This document shows, one piece after another, positions 40,593 to 51,071 of a stretch of 64,000 bases of DNA (positions are counted from its first letter, which is position 1; the number at the start of each line of letters is the position of its first letter). A model generated the notes under the pieces. It saw nothing but the letters and a program-made list of their open reading frames with translations, did not search any database and had not been told where the DNA came from. Position numbers and translations under genes: made by a program. The DNA lies in the IMG/VR virus record IMGVR_UViG_3300046167_000815, positions 15,212 through 79,211 of that record. One strand, 5' to 3'. This DNA is from a virus.

Positions 40593-41605
40593 ATTTCTAT
40601 ATTAATGTGTCCGTTTATATAATACTCCATAGGATAATCCCAATTGTCTTTTTCTTTATGAAATTTATACCTTTCTAAAGAATGTAAAAACCCTTCGTAT
40701 TTTCTACCAGAAACAAGTGTGCCTCCTTGCCATCCTATATTTGTTACTACATTAGGAACTCTAAAAATCATAGGAGGATTTACCATCTCTTTCTCTACCA
40801 CTATATAGTTAAAAGGCAATACTTTATATCCTTTTTCTATAAGTTCTATTACTTTTGGGTCCTGTTTTATGCCGTAAGAATATACAGCACATTGAAAATC
40901 ATATCTAAATTTCCAAAAGTCATATTTAAACATATGTATAGAAGAACCAGTAGTTTTATAGTCTATAGGCAAAATTGTTTTTGCATTATGATCTATATAC
41001 ACTTTATCTAGTTCTCCTTTAATAGAAAATGTTTCTTCGTCAAAAGGAGCAATATCAAATGTAATTACTTTGTGTTTCCATATTTCTATTCCTTCTTTTT
41101 CTTCAGAGTATTTACCAGTAAAAGGATCCGTTTTTAAAGAAGCTACTGCTATAATAGCTTTGTAATGGTCTTCTTCTGTAATTAACTTTTTACCTTTAGA
41201 AGCTACTAAACTATTAAAATAGTTCTCGCATTCTTCTTTAATTTTCTTTACTCTAGTTTCTGATTTCCAATTAGTCTGAAAAGAGTATTCTTCACAAGCA
41301 TCGTGAATCTCTTCGTCCATTGTAGACCAGGATAACTCTTCATTATCTTCGTTTACAAGATACATGTCATACACATATCTAGTTATGTTTCTTTTAACTT
41401 CTGATAAAGAATCTTTCATAACATAATACTTGTCTGATATTTCTATATCTGACAATAACATGTCGTCTACTAAAGAACCAAACACAAAATGATCTTTTTC
41501 TGAATCATCTTGCTGGTCCAACTGCTTTAAAAAAGCAGAAGGACTAACAAGAATTTTCTTTAAAAGGCTTTGGTTTAATCCAGAGAGTTCTCTGTAATTT
41601 TCCAT
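40589..41605 (-). CDS. PD-(D/E)xK exonuclease (RecE/Cas4-like)
   Basis: FGSLVD, KGELDKV, IDYKTT, YDFQCAVY. Confidence 0.8.
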   Translation of the reverse strand: MENYRELSGLNQSLLKKILVSPSAFLKQLDQQDDSEKDHFVFGSLVDDMLLSDIEISDKYYVMKDSLSEVKRNITRYVYDMYLVNEDNEELSWSTMDEEIHDACEEYSFQTNWKSETRVKKIKEECENYFNSLVASKGKKLITEEDHYKAIIAVASLKTDPFTGKYSEEKEGIEIWKHKVITFDIAPFDEETFSIKGELDKVYIDHNAKTILPIDYKTTGSSIHMFKYDFWKFRYDFQCAVYSYGIKQDPKVIELIEKGYKVLPFNYIVVEKEMVNPPMIFRVPNVVTNIGWQGGTLVSGRKYEGFLHSLERYKFHKEKDNWDYPMEYYINGHINIEI

Positions 41606-42102
41606 TACTTTTTAATTGTTTTTAATTTATAAACTAACTTTCTTTCTTTAAGAGTTTCTACTTCTACAAATTCGTAAGAAGTTTTTGACAGAAACTCTAT
41701 TGTGTCATCAGGTAAAATTCCTCTTTTTTGCAGAACGTCGTCTAGACATTTTATCCACACTAAAGCTAAATTACCTATGTCCCATCTTGGACTATATCCT
41801 TCGGGAGCAGGTTTCCAACTAATTCTACCTTTACCTGTTTTTTTGTCTTTTAATCTTTTTACATCTCCATAATTAATAGGAGCGTATATGATTAATTGTG
41901 TTTCTACGGGCAAAGATATTTTATAGTCTTGCGGCATATGCTTCTCAATATACTTGTGCATCGCTGCTACAAATGCATTACGAACGGTAAAGTGCGCTGA
42001 AGCATGTATCTTATTGTAACCTATTTTTACCCATTTTTTACCGCTTAACGGTACATGGGTAATAAATTCAGGAAACTCAATTGTCATTTCACTAATTGCC
42101 AT
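41605..42102 (-). CDS. RusA-like Holliday junction resolvase
   Basis: WDIGNL...KCLDDVL...GILPDD matches RusA DxDN...K...D...DD. Confidence 0.65.
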   Translation of the reverse strand: MAISEMTIEFPEFITHVPLSGKKWVKIGYNKIHASAHFTVRNAFVAAMHKYIEKHMPQDYKISLPVETQLIIYAPINYGDVKRLKDKKTGKGRISWKPAPEGYSPRWDIGNLALVWIKCLDDVLQKRGILPDDTIEFLSKTSYEFVEVETLKERKLVYKLKTIKK

Positions 42103-42111
42103 ATTTTAATT

Positions 42112-43245
42112 TTAAGACCAAACAATATTAGAAATACTTTTATCATCTAGTATTTTTTCTTCTTTTTCTATTTCTTTTTCCACAGGAATAAAGTCTTCTA
42201 TTATTTTTTGGTCGTAATTAAAATTTAAGAATTCAAGTGCCTCTGTGTTTAAAGTTATTACTTTAGCTTTAAAATGTTTAGATTCTCTGTTAGCGATTCT
42301 ATCTGCGTACTCTTCAAAGATTATATCTACCCATTCTTTATTAAGAACTTTTCTTTCTATAAATAAGTCCATCATATAATCTATAGTAACATATGTGTAA
42401 CGATTTATGTTTAAGTACGCTAATAAAGACTTAAAATTAATATGACGACAATACTTATTTTTTAAAAACTTTTCTGAGTAAGCCTCGAATAGCATACATA
42501 AGTACAACAAACTTTTTGTGTAATCACAGTTAGCTATCATTTCCATGGCTAAAACTAAGTTGTCTTCGTCAGAACTATCTATCATAGATTTAAGCTGATT
42601 ATATTCTTTTTTTTCTATGACTAAAGCATCTCTGCCGTTTACTATTTCCATTAAATCTTGTTGATTATATACAACTATGTCATTATCTAAAAAATATTCG
42701 TAACACTCATAGTCAGGACCTTCTTTTAAATACTTGTTATAGTCATAACTAGTTTCTACATTAGGATAAAATCTTTTAATAGAATTAAGAGTTCTATAAT
42801 CTACTGTTACTGTTCCTTCTTCTTCAATGTGATTTCCTAATATATCTATATCAATATCTGCCAGCGTAAATAAAGAGTCTACATTATTTTTTACAGAATG
42901 TTTAAAATAGTCTGCTGATTTTGTGTGATTTTTATTATTTAAAATATAACCCCCAGAACTTTCTGAAATTGCGTTAATGCCAGAATCACTTGAATTTATA
43001 AAACAAAAATCTGCTTCTTTAAAATTTTTAGTAATTCTTAAATTGTGGCTCATCATTACAGTACGCAATTTTACTTTTGGAATACTACAATTTTTTGATA
43101 TAAAAACAGTTTGATTGGGTTTTAAAGAATATTTATTTTTAGACATAATAAAATTATTATCTTTATTATCTTCATTTAATTTAATTCTGCCTTTTAAAAC
43201 AGTTTTTTCCAATTCTGCATCTACTACTATTTGTAATGTTTTCAT
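42112..43245 (-). CDS. Hypothetical protein, possible BRCT-like N-terminal region
   Basis: VFISKNCSIPKVKLR...RITKNFKEADFCFI and MIDSSDEDNLVLAMEMIAN. Adjacent to MoxR/vWA. Confidence 0.5.
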   Translation of the reverse strand: MKTLQIVVDAELEKTVLKGRIKLNEDNKDNNFIMSKNKYSLKPNQTVFISKNCSIPKVKLRTVMMSHNLRITKNFKEADFCFINSSDSGINAISESSGGYILNNKNHTKSADYFKHSVKNNVDSLFTLADIDIDILGNHIEEEGTVTVDYRTLNSIKRFYPNVETSYDYNKYLKEGPDYECYEYFLDNDIVVYNQQDLMEIVNGRDALVIEKKEYNQLKSMIDSSDEDNLVLAMEMIANCDYTKSLLYLCMLFEAYSEKFLKNKYCRHINFKSLLAYLNINRYTYVTIDYMMDLFIERKVLNKEWVDIIFEEYADRIANRESKHFKAKVITLNTEALEFLNFNYDQKIIEDFIPVEKEIEKEEKILDDKSISNIVWS

Positions 43246-43247
43246 GA

Positions 43248-44417
43248 TTATTTAATTAAAATTTTAGTTATTGTTGGGTTCAACATTAGTTTAGAAAACT
43301 TTTGTTTATTACCGTTCAACAATTCTTTAACAATAAAATATTTTAAGTCTTCTGTAAAAGAAGTACACTCTGTAAATATTTCTTCTACTCTCTGTACTAT
43401 TTCTTTAGAAATAGGATTTGTTTTTGCAAAATTCAACAAGTAGTTTACTATTCTAGTAGAAACTACACTAGAGATGTCGGCTCTAAATTCGTCCTCTTCT
43501 CCTATCATTTTTCTTAACTCAGCAAAAACGTAATCTTTGTCTTTTGAAATAATGTTTTTTGGCGATATAATTTTATCAAGCTTATTATTAATAAACATTG
43601 TAAACATGCTTGAAAAATCTTGTCCTACAGAACCCTCACCTATCATTTGAATCATAGGTAACTCGTCTTCAAACTTTTCTATCGAACTAATTGCATTAAA
43701 AAATGTAGTAAAACTTCTAGGATTAACTTTTTCGTTTACTAATTCTGGATGCATAAGTAAAAAGTTTATGCAACGGCTGTCCATATTAACAGACTCTGCC
43801 CATTTTGCCCATACTTTTTCATCAAACTTTAGCTCCACAGAAACAAAACGTGTTTGCTGTGCAACATCTAAGCTTGTTACATTATATTCTCCATTGTCAG
43901 GATTAGAAGTAAGAATTACATGCCAGTTCTTAGGCAATTTCCAAGAAATATACTCTTGTCTATCGCAAATTTCCATAACAGCTTGCATAAATCTATGGTC
44001 TGCACGTGTAAAATCGTCGAGTATAAGTACACCGCCATCTTTTTTACCTTGTACCCAAGATGGTTTTGCGTGTGACATTCTTTTATCTACTACTCTATAT
44101 CCTTTTTCATTTGCAGTAGCAATTTCTTGCTCAGTAATCCACAATACTTTTCCTTCATTGTTTTTTACTTTGTATTCTTTGACAGGAAAACCTATCAAAT
44201 CGCCTAACTCTTCTAGCTGAGATAGATTTATTTTTTCTACTTGCAAGTCTAGATCTTTTGCTAGCTGTATAATAGAAGAAGTTTTACCTAATCCTGCATT
44301 ACCTGATACATCTATAGTAACAGGTACTAATCCTTTTTCTTGAATGTGTTGATTATTTTTAATCATGTGAGATACAAAATCTCTTAATTCTTCTACGTTT
44401 AATTTAGTTTGATTCAT
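43248..44417 (-). CDS. MoxR-like AAA+ ATPase
   Basis: Walker A GNAGLGKTS, Walker B LILDDFTRA, LTSNP, and NPRS sensor-2. Confidence 0.85.
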   Translation of the reverse strand: MNQTKLNVEELRDFVSHMIKNNQHIQEKGLVPVTIDVSGNAGLGKTSSIIQLAKDLDLQVEKINLSQLEELGDLIGFPVKEYKVKNNEGKVLWITEQEIATANEKGYRVVDKRMSHAKPSWVQGKKDGGVLILDDFTRADHRFMQAVMEICDRQEYISWKLPKNWHVILTSNPDNGEYNVTSLDVAQQTRFVSVELKFDEKVWAKWAESVNMDSRCINFLLMHPELVNEKVNPRSFTTFFNAISSIEKFEDELPMIQMIGEGSVGQDFSSMFTMFINNKLDKIISPKNIISKDKDYVFAELRKMIGEEDEFRADISSVVSTRIVNYLLNFAKTNPISKEIVQRVEEIFTECTSFTEDLKYFIVKELLNGNKQKFSKLMLNPTITKILIK

Positions 44418-44422
44418 TTTTT

Positions 44423-45584
44423 TTAAATTTCTAGTTTAATAACTTTTCCTGGTAATTCATTATTCATATCAGATCTTTCTGACAGAACCCATAAAATATT
44501 CTTATTTGGTTTTAACTCTGTATATGCTTCACCGTCAGTAAAATATACAAGACTTGTAAACTTAGGATTGTCCATGTAATAATCTAATACTGGATCAAAA
44601 CTAGTACCTCCTCTACCTGATATTTCAAGCTCAAATTTACCTTTGTATTCTTGTATACTATTTATTTTAGTGTCACACTGTACAATTTCAATAGCTACTC
44701 CTGATCTATATAAATGATAAATTTCATTCATAAATTCAGTAAGCTCATCGTTGTTTACAGAAGCAGATGTATCTATTGCAACTAACATTTTTTGTCGCAT
44801 CTTTACTCTTAAACCAGGATTATCAGAGTATCTATGATTCTCTTTTCTTCTTTGTTTCTTAGTAAAGGTTCTAAGAGAGTTGCCCTGTAAATCTTCTAAT
44901 AAACTTTCGCCAATTAAATTTTGGTTTTTCTACTACAGAAAGTTTTATGATTTCTTCTATTTCTCCAGGTACTACTCCTCTTTTCTTAATAGTCTGTTCT
45001 TGTGCCTCTTTTATTAATGTTTGTACTTGCTTATCCATTAACTTTTGTTCTCCTTCAGAAAGATCTTCAAACTGTTCCCATTCAGAATGGTCTACACCTT
45101 CTTCTAGCATTTTGTCAAAAGCTTCTGACCCAGAAGTTCCGTTTTCTTCTTTTTCTTTTTGAGCTTGTTGCATCTTTTCATAATAATATCTGCAACCTGC
45201 TTTACGATCAAGATTTAATTCTGGGTAATTGTCAATGTCTACGCCTCCTTCTGGCAACCATTCTTTGTCTATATACTGATTTATCTCACAATCCATAGCA
45301 ATGTTTGCTAGTTTCTTATCTTTAAAATCAGTAAAAACATTTAGATGTTTAAATGCAATATGAAGTAATTCATGTTTTATTAAACCTATTCTTTTTATGT
45401 GCGGCAGTTCTTCCCAAAAAGAAGAATTTATCATTAAATGATAATTGATTCCTTGTTTTCCAACACATGCAGTAGGTACTTTTTCATTCCATACTTTGTT
45501 TAGCATTATTAAAAAGAATCCGTAAAACGGTTCTTTAAACATAAGGTCTTTGGTAACCTTACTTAAGGACTGTGATTTATCCAT
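44423..45584 (-). CDS. Metallopeptidase-vWA fusion (DUF2201-type; frameshift near 44883)
   Basis: HELLH zincin motif and NIAMDCEIN in the N-half. DTSAS MIDAS, GRGGTSF and YFTDG in the C-half. The linker frame is open. Confidence 0.85.
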
Positions 45585-46585
45585 AACTTTGATATTTTTT
45601 GATTAAATAATTCTTTGGCTTTTTCTTTTCCTACTTTACTAACTAAGTCGCTAAAATCTGTTACACCAGGTAATTCTGGCATAAAAAAATGCGGTACATT
45701 ATATTTTTTAGTAAAATCTTTAGAGAGTTTAACACCTGCTGTATCATTATCGAATAAACAAAACACTTGTTTAAATCTAGATTTATACTCGTTCATTACT
45801 GAAACTTTCATCATTACTGATTCTGATTGTAAACCCACACTATCTATTTCCATTACATCTTTTAAACTCATTACGTCTTTTAAAGATTTAGTAATGATTA
45901 AAAGTTCTCCTGATGAAGGAAGTTTTGTATAACCTTGGTGCACAGTATAATTGGCATTGTTAATCCATTTAAACTTTTTACTATAAGGCTGATAAATTTT
46001 ATAGCTAACACTATCGTCTTTATATTCTATATATGCATAAGCATTCTTGTCTGCTTTATTAGCATTCCCGTTAAAGAATACGTGGCTTATAGGCACCACG
46101 TTATACTTTTTTAAAGTAGTTTTTTTAATGCCGTATTGTTTCCAATATTTAGCATCGTGAATTTGCCATTTTCTTTTTCTTATCCCTATTTTAACTTGCT
46201 TTTTCTGTACTACTTTTTTAGCTTTAACTAACTGTTTACGTTCTCCTGTTATTTCTGCATCTGATAGTTTAAAATCATATGCAATTTTCCACAAAGCTTC
46301 TTTGTAATTTATATCATAAAGCAGACTTACAAACACGATAACATCGCCACTATCTTTAGTAGCAAAATCGTAGAACATTAATGTTCCTGAACCATTCTTA
46401 TGATAATATATTACAAACGAAGGCACATTGTCTTCTCTTAAAGGACTATTAATTTTAGTACCTTGTTCTATAGGAGAGCCTATGTAATAGGAGTATATTT
46501 CTTCTTGTGTAATTACAGAAAGTATATCTTCTTTAGTAATTTGCTCGTTAAAAATAAAAGAATTTAAATTTATTTTTTTATGCAT
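45563..46585 (-). CDS. DNA primase (DnaG-like TOPRIM, crAss type)
   Basis: SPLREDNVPSF, YKIYQP, LIITKSLKDVM, LFDNDTAG, DFSD. Confidence 0.85.
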   Translation of the reverse strand: MHKKINLNSFIFNEQITKEDILSVITQEEIYSYYIGSPIEQGTKINSPLREDNVPSFVIYYHKNGSGTLMFYDFATKDSGDVIVFVSLLYDINYKEALWKIAYDFKLSDAEITGERKQLVKAKKVVQKKQVKIGIRKRKWQIHDAKYWKQYGIKKTTLKKYNVVPISHVFFNGNANKADKNAYAYIEYKDDSVSYKIYQPYSKKFKWINNANYTVHQGYTKLPSSGELLIITKSLKDVMSLKDVMEIDSVGLQSESVMMKVSVMNEYKSRFKQVFCLFDNDTAGVKLSKDFTKKYNVPHFFMPELPGVTDFSDLVSKVGKEKAKELFNQKISKLWINHSP

Positions 46586-46605
46586 TTACTATAAATTTTA
46601 GAATA

Positions 46606-46640
46606 AAAAAAGAAAGGACAACATAGTCGCCCTTCCTTTT
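46606..46640 (-). terminator. Intrinsic terminator after SSB
   Basis: Minus strand GGAAGGGCGAC-tat-GTTGTCCTTTC (with G-U pairs) followed by a T tract. Confidence 0.65.
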
Positions 46641-46659
46641 ATTTTAATTAAAAAAAGTC

Positions 46660-47256
46660 CTACCACTCATCATCATCAGAGTCAGCAGTACTTGTCGCTA
46701 ATGCAGCGCTTTCTTCTCCGTCTTCTTGCAGACGAGTCATTCCGTCAAGATCTGTTTGTTTAAGAACAGATGTCTCAGCAGAAACATTCATAGCTTCCAT
46801 AAAAGGAACCCAAGAACGAGGTTGAATGTATTTTTTACGATACTCGTTTGTACCATAGTTAGCAAAAATACGAACAGCTCCTAAATTAGGTAAAGCTCCT
46901 CTAAGCAATTTCATAGCTTCGTCTAACATTGCTTCTGCAGAATTAACAACAGGCAATTGAGCGTTAGGGCCCAAAGCAACATGCAAGATATGCTTTAAAA
47001 CTTTACCTTGTTTTTGAATTAATTGCTCAACAGTATTCCAAGAAGTTTCTTTTGTTACATACCAGAAAGGCATATTACAAGATCCACCATTAGAATCTGT
47101 AAAAGTAATTTTATAGTCTGGGGCAAATTCTTTGTCTTCAGAGTTTTTCTTATGAATAGTCATCTTAACATCGTTAACTACTCCTGCATTTCCTCCGTTG
47201 AAAATTGCTTTACCCTCTACAGCATTAAAGCTGTCATCATTTAAATTAATGTTCAT
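46660..47256 (-). CDS. Single-stranded DNA-binding protein (probable)
   Basis: Lies between the AAA_24 ATPase and primase, has an OB-like beta pattern, and ends in the acidic tail ADSDDDEW. Confidence 0.6.
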   Translation of the reverse strand: MNINLNDDSFNAVEGKAIFNGGNAGVVNDVKMTIHKKNSEDKEFAPDYKITFTDSNGGSCNMPFWYVTKETSWNTVEQLIQKQGKVLKHILHVALGPNAQLPVVNSAEAMLDEAMKLLRGALPNLGAVRIFANYGTNEYRKKYIQPRSWVPFMEAMNVSAETSVLKQTDLDGMTRLQEDGEESAALATSTADSDDDEW

Positions 47257-47298
47257 TACTTGTTTTTATTTACTAATTAAAAATTTAATAGCGGTTTT

Positions 47299-47874
47299 TT
47301 ACCACTGATCGTCTACTATTTCTTCTTCTTCAACTGTATTAGCTACACTTTGATAAGAATCTGCGTTAGAAACAATTTCTTCTTCTTCGTTTGATTCTAC
47401 TTGTACTTCTTCTTGTACAACTTCTTGTACAATAGGCGCTTCTTCAACAACAGTATTGTCATTAGTAGCGCTTGTTACCATAAAATAAGGTTGGTTTTCT
47501 ACAGTCTCAAAGTGAAGATAATTTTCTACATCATTGTTCAAAGAAAAACTGTTTGTAAGAAACTCATATGTTTTCTTGTCACTAAAAGAATAAGACTTGT
47601 TAGTCTTAAAAGCCTTCATGTTTTCGTTTTCTTCTGCTAAAGCCATAAGTACTACATCTCCTGTTTCTGCATTTCTACCGAAAGTTACATAAGATTGTGC
47701 TCCTGTTTCTTTGTCAGGAGAAACTAATCCTAATGCATCAATAGCAGCTTTGTTAAATGTAAATTTACGACCAGAACCTTTGCCTAACAATGCAGACATA
47801 GTTACTACTGGCGTGTTAAACTTTTCTACTTTAGTAGAAGATTTTCTGTTTGTTGGTACTCCCCAATCAATCAT
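47299..47874 (-). CDS. Hypothetical protein with long acidic C-tail
   Basis: 191 aa ending EEEEIVDDQW. Confidence 0.6.
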   Translation of the reverse strand: MIDWGVPTNRKSSTKVEKFNTPVVTMSALLGKGSGRKFTFNKAAIDALGLVSPDKETGAQSYVTFGRNAETGDVVLMALAEENENMKAFKTNKSYSFSDKKTYEFLTNSFSLNNDVENYLHFETVENQPYFMVTSATNDNTVVEEAPIVQEVVQEEVQVESNEEEEIVSNADSYQSVANTVEEEEIVDDQW

Positions 47875-47939
47875 TTTTCTTGTGTTTTAAAAAATTAATA
47901 ATATTAAATAATTTGTTTAGCTCCGTGCTAAACATAAAC

Positions 47940-47974
47940 AGATCTATTTTTTATCAGAGTAGATCCAATTCTGA
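47940..47974 (-). promoter_or_regulatory. H-type RNA pseudoknot in 5' leader
   Basis: Minus strand TCAGA-ATT-GGATCTA-C-TCTGA-TAAAAAA-TAGATCT gives S1 of 5 bp and S2 of 6-7 bp. Confidence 0.55.
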
Positions 47975-48038
47975 ATAGTTTAAAGTGTTTGCTTTAACAG
48001 CACTATAAGTACTCCAAAGCAGTTAATAAAAAAATTGT

Positions 48039-48710
48039 TTAGTAATACTCGTTGATAGCAGTATCGACTAATGTTAAATCGTTAGGAATAGTTTCCTCCT
48101 CAAACATGTCAATAGGTGTCTTACAAGTATCTGAGCCAGAAGTCTTTGTTCTAAATACATGTTCGTTAGGTTGCCCAGGAGCACTCTTAACCTCACAATA
48201 TAAAACAATAGAGCTAAAACTCTCAGGTACAAATTTTTCAAGCTGTTTACCTTGTACAGCTACTCTTTCCATAGGAAAGCCTGTTTCATCATAATGAGTT
48301 TCTGGATGAGCAAAGAAGTAAACATGTAAGTCGTCTCTTACTTTGTCATTCACAATATTCATTAGATCATAAATAGATGCAGAAAACTTACCCCATTTCT
48401 CAAAACCTTTAGCCGTTCTAAACGCTTTACTCATGACATGGTCAGTCATAATTCTAGACCATGTGTCTATCACTAAAGTTTTAATTTGCGGTTTGTTCTT
48501 ATGAACATCCTTTAAGATATTAATAACTTCTACTATATCAGAAGTTTTTTTGTAATTACCCTTTTCTTCAGAATACTTTTCTTGAAATTTTCTAAAAGGT
48601 AAGGGCTTCTGGTCTGTATTCAAGATGAACGTCTCATCAGGATTAAGATTACGTAGGGAAGTAGATTTCCCCATACCAGATTTACCTGTAATAAACACTA
48701 ATTTTCCCAT
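48039..48710 (-). CDS. AAA_24/Sak4-like ATPase (annealase)
   Basis: ITGKSGMGKSTS, LVIDT, FFAH, CKTPIDMF, IPNDL. Start at ATG 48710. Confidence 0.8.
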   Translation of the reverse strand: MGKLVFITGKSGMGKSTSLRNLNPDETFILNTDQKPLPFRKFQEKYSEEKGNYKKTSDIVEVINILKDVHKNKPQIKTLVIDTWSRIMTDHVMSKAFRTAKGFEKWGKFSASIYDLMNIVNDKVRDDLHVYFFAHPETHYDETGFPMERVAVQGKQLEKFVPESFSSIVLYCEVKSAPGQPNEHVFRTKTSGSDTCKTPIDMFEEETIPNDLTLVDTAINEYY

Positions 48711-48750
48711 TTTTTCTCCTCGTTTTAATTGATTAAAAATACTAAAATCC

Positions 48751-49047
48751 TTACTTATCTGCAAGGATTTCGTGCTTTACTAAAACACTTTTTTTCTTAC
48801 GTTTTCCCCAGCTTTTACCACGTAGATAAGGGTTTTCTTCTTGTACTTTTCTTGATGCTCTAGCAACAGAATCCATATAAGGAATCTCTCGATTACTCAT
48901 GTCTTTTAGAAACTGTTTTATAGTTTTAGAGTTTACGTCGTAACCCGTATACTCTAAATAATCATAGTAAAGTTTTTCATTAGAATCCCTAGTCTTTGGG
49001 TCTTGAGTAAGTTTTAGTTTTACCCAGTCTTTAAATTCTACAATCAT
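48751..49047 (-). CDS. Hypothetical protein
   Basis: RDSNEKL...SVARASRKVQEENPYLRG. Overlaps the DnaB stop codon. Confidence 0.6.
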   Translation of the reverse strand: MIVEFKDWVKLKLTQDPKTRDSNEKLYYDYLEYTGYDVNSKTIKQFLKDMSNREIPYMDSVARASRKVQEENPYLRGKSWGKRKKKSVLVKHEILADK

Positions 49048-50123
49048 ACTTTGTTTTTGTCTAAGATGGCCTTTAATAATCTAGGGTCATTCTTTATATC
49101 AGAAGCTTTTGGAAGTTCTTCAAACTTACCTACAGCACCTTGAAAATAAAAACCCATAGATAAACTATCCATGCCATCACGATTCTTTAAAATATGTCCT
49201 GAACGATAATTTCTCCGTAAAGGATATGTACCGTCTAGAATAGGATAACCACGATGATTATCCATACCATAACGAAAAGGATTAAACAAAGCAACAACTG
49301 TGTTTGCATCCTCTTGTGTAGCTCCTGTATCTTTAAAGTCAGAAAGTTGAGGTTCTTGAGAGTCTTGTTTCTTACGATCCATACCTTCTATACCTCTGTT
49401 AAACTGACTAACAACTACAGGACTAAACTTAAAAGTATTTCTAAAAAACACTAACATTTTAGACGCACGATCTATAGCGTCTTTTTTAGTTTTATCTTTT
49501 CTTGAATTTTTATCTATAAGACTAATGTGGTCTATAATGATAAGTGTAATTAGATTAGGGTTATGTGGTTTATAATTTATAACAATATTGTCTTTGTTAC
49601 GTACCACTTTCCCTCTTGACTCTGCGTACTTCATCACATCATTATATAAGTAATCAGGATTAAGGCTATTTCTAAAGAATAGCACCTCATCTTGCATCTT
49701 ATCGAAGTACTCTTTGTACATCGGTATAAGCTTTCTTACTTCTGAAGGTAATTTATGTACACCTCTACTAAAGATTTCATTAATATTCGTAAGAATACCA
49801 TGGTCTTCCCATATTTTTCTAGCTACAAATTTTGCTAGCTTAACTACAGGGTCTATCTCTAGTGAGTAATAAAGAATTTCTAAAGAATAAAAAGGATTGG
49901 GATCTAAACACAAATGATCGTAAGGATTAAATACATACGCTTCATCCACAATTGCTGTTTTACCTGTACCTGTGGCACCTCCCCATGTATCGTATCTTCC
50001 TTGTTGTACACCTGCAATAAACTTATTAAGTCTATTGAAGCCCATAGGAAGACCTACATTTAATCCATCTACACCTCTTTGAATTTCTACTTGTAATTCA
50101 TCCCATGCTTTTTTCTTACTCAT
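49044..50123 (-). CDS. dnaB: Replicative helicase (DnaB-like)
   Basis: GATGTGKT, IIIDHI, VSQFNR, SDFKDTG..EDA, LKNRDG. Confidence 0.85.
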   Translation of the reverse strand: MSKKKAWDELQVEIQRGVDGLNVGLPMGFNRLNKFIAGVQQGRYDTWGGATGTGKTAIVDEAYVFNPYDHLCLDPNPFYSLEILYYSLEIDPVVKLAKFVARKIWEDHGILTNINEIFSRGVHKLPSEVRKLIPMYKEYFDKMQDEVLFFRNSLNPDYLYNDVMKYAESRGKVVRNKDNIVINYKPHNPNLITLIIIDHISLIDKNSRKDKTKKDAIDRASKMLVFFRNTFKFSPVVVSQFNRGIEGMDRKKQDSQEPQLSDFKDTGATQEDANTVVALFNPFRYGMDNHRGYPILDGTYPLRRNYRSGHILKNRDGMDSLSMGFYFQGAVGKFEELPKASDIKNDPRLLKAILDKNKV

Positions 50124-50124
50124 A

Positions 50125-50692
50125 CTAAATCGAATCTATGTGATCAGCAGTTTTCCCCTCTGCAAATCGAGTGATAAATGTTTCCCATGACTGCCATTTA
50201 GCATTATTAATAACTACTTCTAAACCAGGCAAAAATTCTAGATTACTAGAAATTCTTTGCCTTCTTACAAAAGCTTTAGTAGCTTCAACAGCTAATTTAT
50301 GATCTTCAAGGGATTTTACTTTTGCAAGATACTTCTTTTTTAGTTTTTTACCTTCTATTGTATCAGAATTTTTAGGTCGCAGTACTCTATTTCCTACTTT
50401 TATAGGGATATTCATTAAAGAATTCTAAAAAGTTGATGTTGTCGCTACGTATTTCTAATAATTTTTCTACATGAGAAGTACTAATTACAGTGTCGTGAAA
50501 GTTTTTTTTAGTGTCTCTATCTAAAATGTATTTAGTACTTACTAAACTGTTTCTAATTTCTAAAGCTTCTTCTACAGAAAATAATTTTATAATTTTTCCC
50601 CACTCTTTATAATAAATCATAGTTAAAAGCACGTACTGATTAGGACTAAGATTATTTCTATAAAGTTTTTTTAAATCTAGTTCTACATTCAT
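50125..50692 (-). CDS. Putative replication initiator/helicase loader (frameshift near 50407)
   Basis: FLEFFNEYP joins IKVGNRVLR. Directly upstream of DnaB. Confidence 0.5.
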
Positions 50693-50699
50693 AATTGTA

Positions 50700-51071
50700 T
50701 CAGTCTTTAGTTAACAAAATTTCTTTGGCTTTTCCTTCTTCTACAAACTTAAAGTTTCCGTTTTCAAACATGTCCCCTATCACAACTAATTCACTAGGCT
50801 TCATAGTAGCTATTTTTTTAGCTATCTTATATAAACCGTCTTGTACTAATCGAGCTTTTTTTTCGTCGCCTGCCCACAAAAGATCTATATGTCTGTCACA
50901 TACTCTTTCTAATTCTTTTTGCATTCTATTAGTAGTTTGCTTTAAAGACATTTTGTAAAAGTCTGTGTCTACAAGATCATCTAACGATTCGTGTAGCACC
51001 TGACTGGCTGTCAGGGCTACTACCATAGTTAGTTTTGTTTTTTCAGAGGCTTCTTTTTTAAATTGGTGCAT
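50700..51071 (-). CDS. Hypothetical protein
   Basis: Packed 123-aa ORF. Confidence 0.55.
   Translation of the reverse strand: MHQFKKEASEKTKLTMVVALTASQVLHESLDDLVDTDFYKMSLKQTTNRMQKELERVCDRHIDLLWAGDEKKARLVQDGLYKIAKKIATMKPSELVVIGDMFENGNFKFVEEGKAKEILLTKD

Noticed and set aside
45563-46585. Inactive primase (ITKS instead of ITEG; no Cys Zn finger)
   Set aside because: As I recall, this variant is typical of crAss-like primases, and the DxD motif is intact.
47940-47974. preQ1-I riboswitch
   Set aside because: The architecture (5-bp stem, A-rich tail) is similar, but the conserved ligand-binding loop nucleotides are not evident and there are no queuosine genes.
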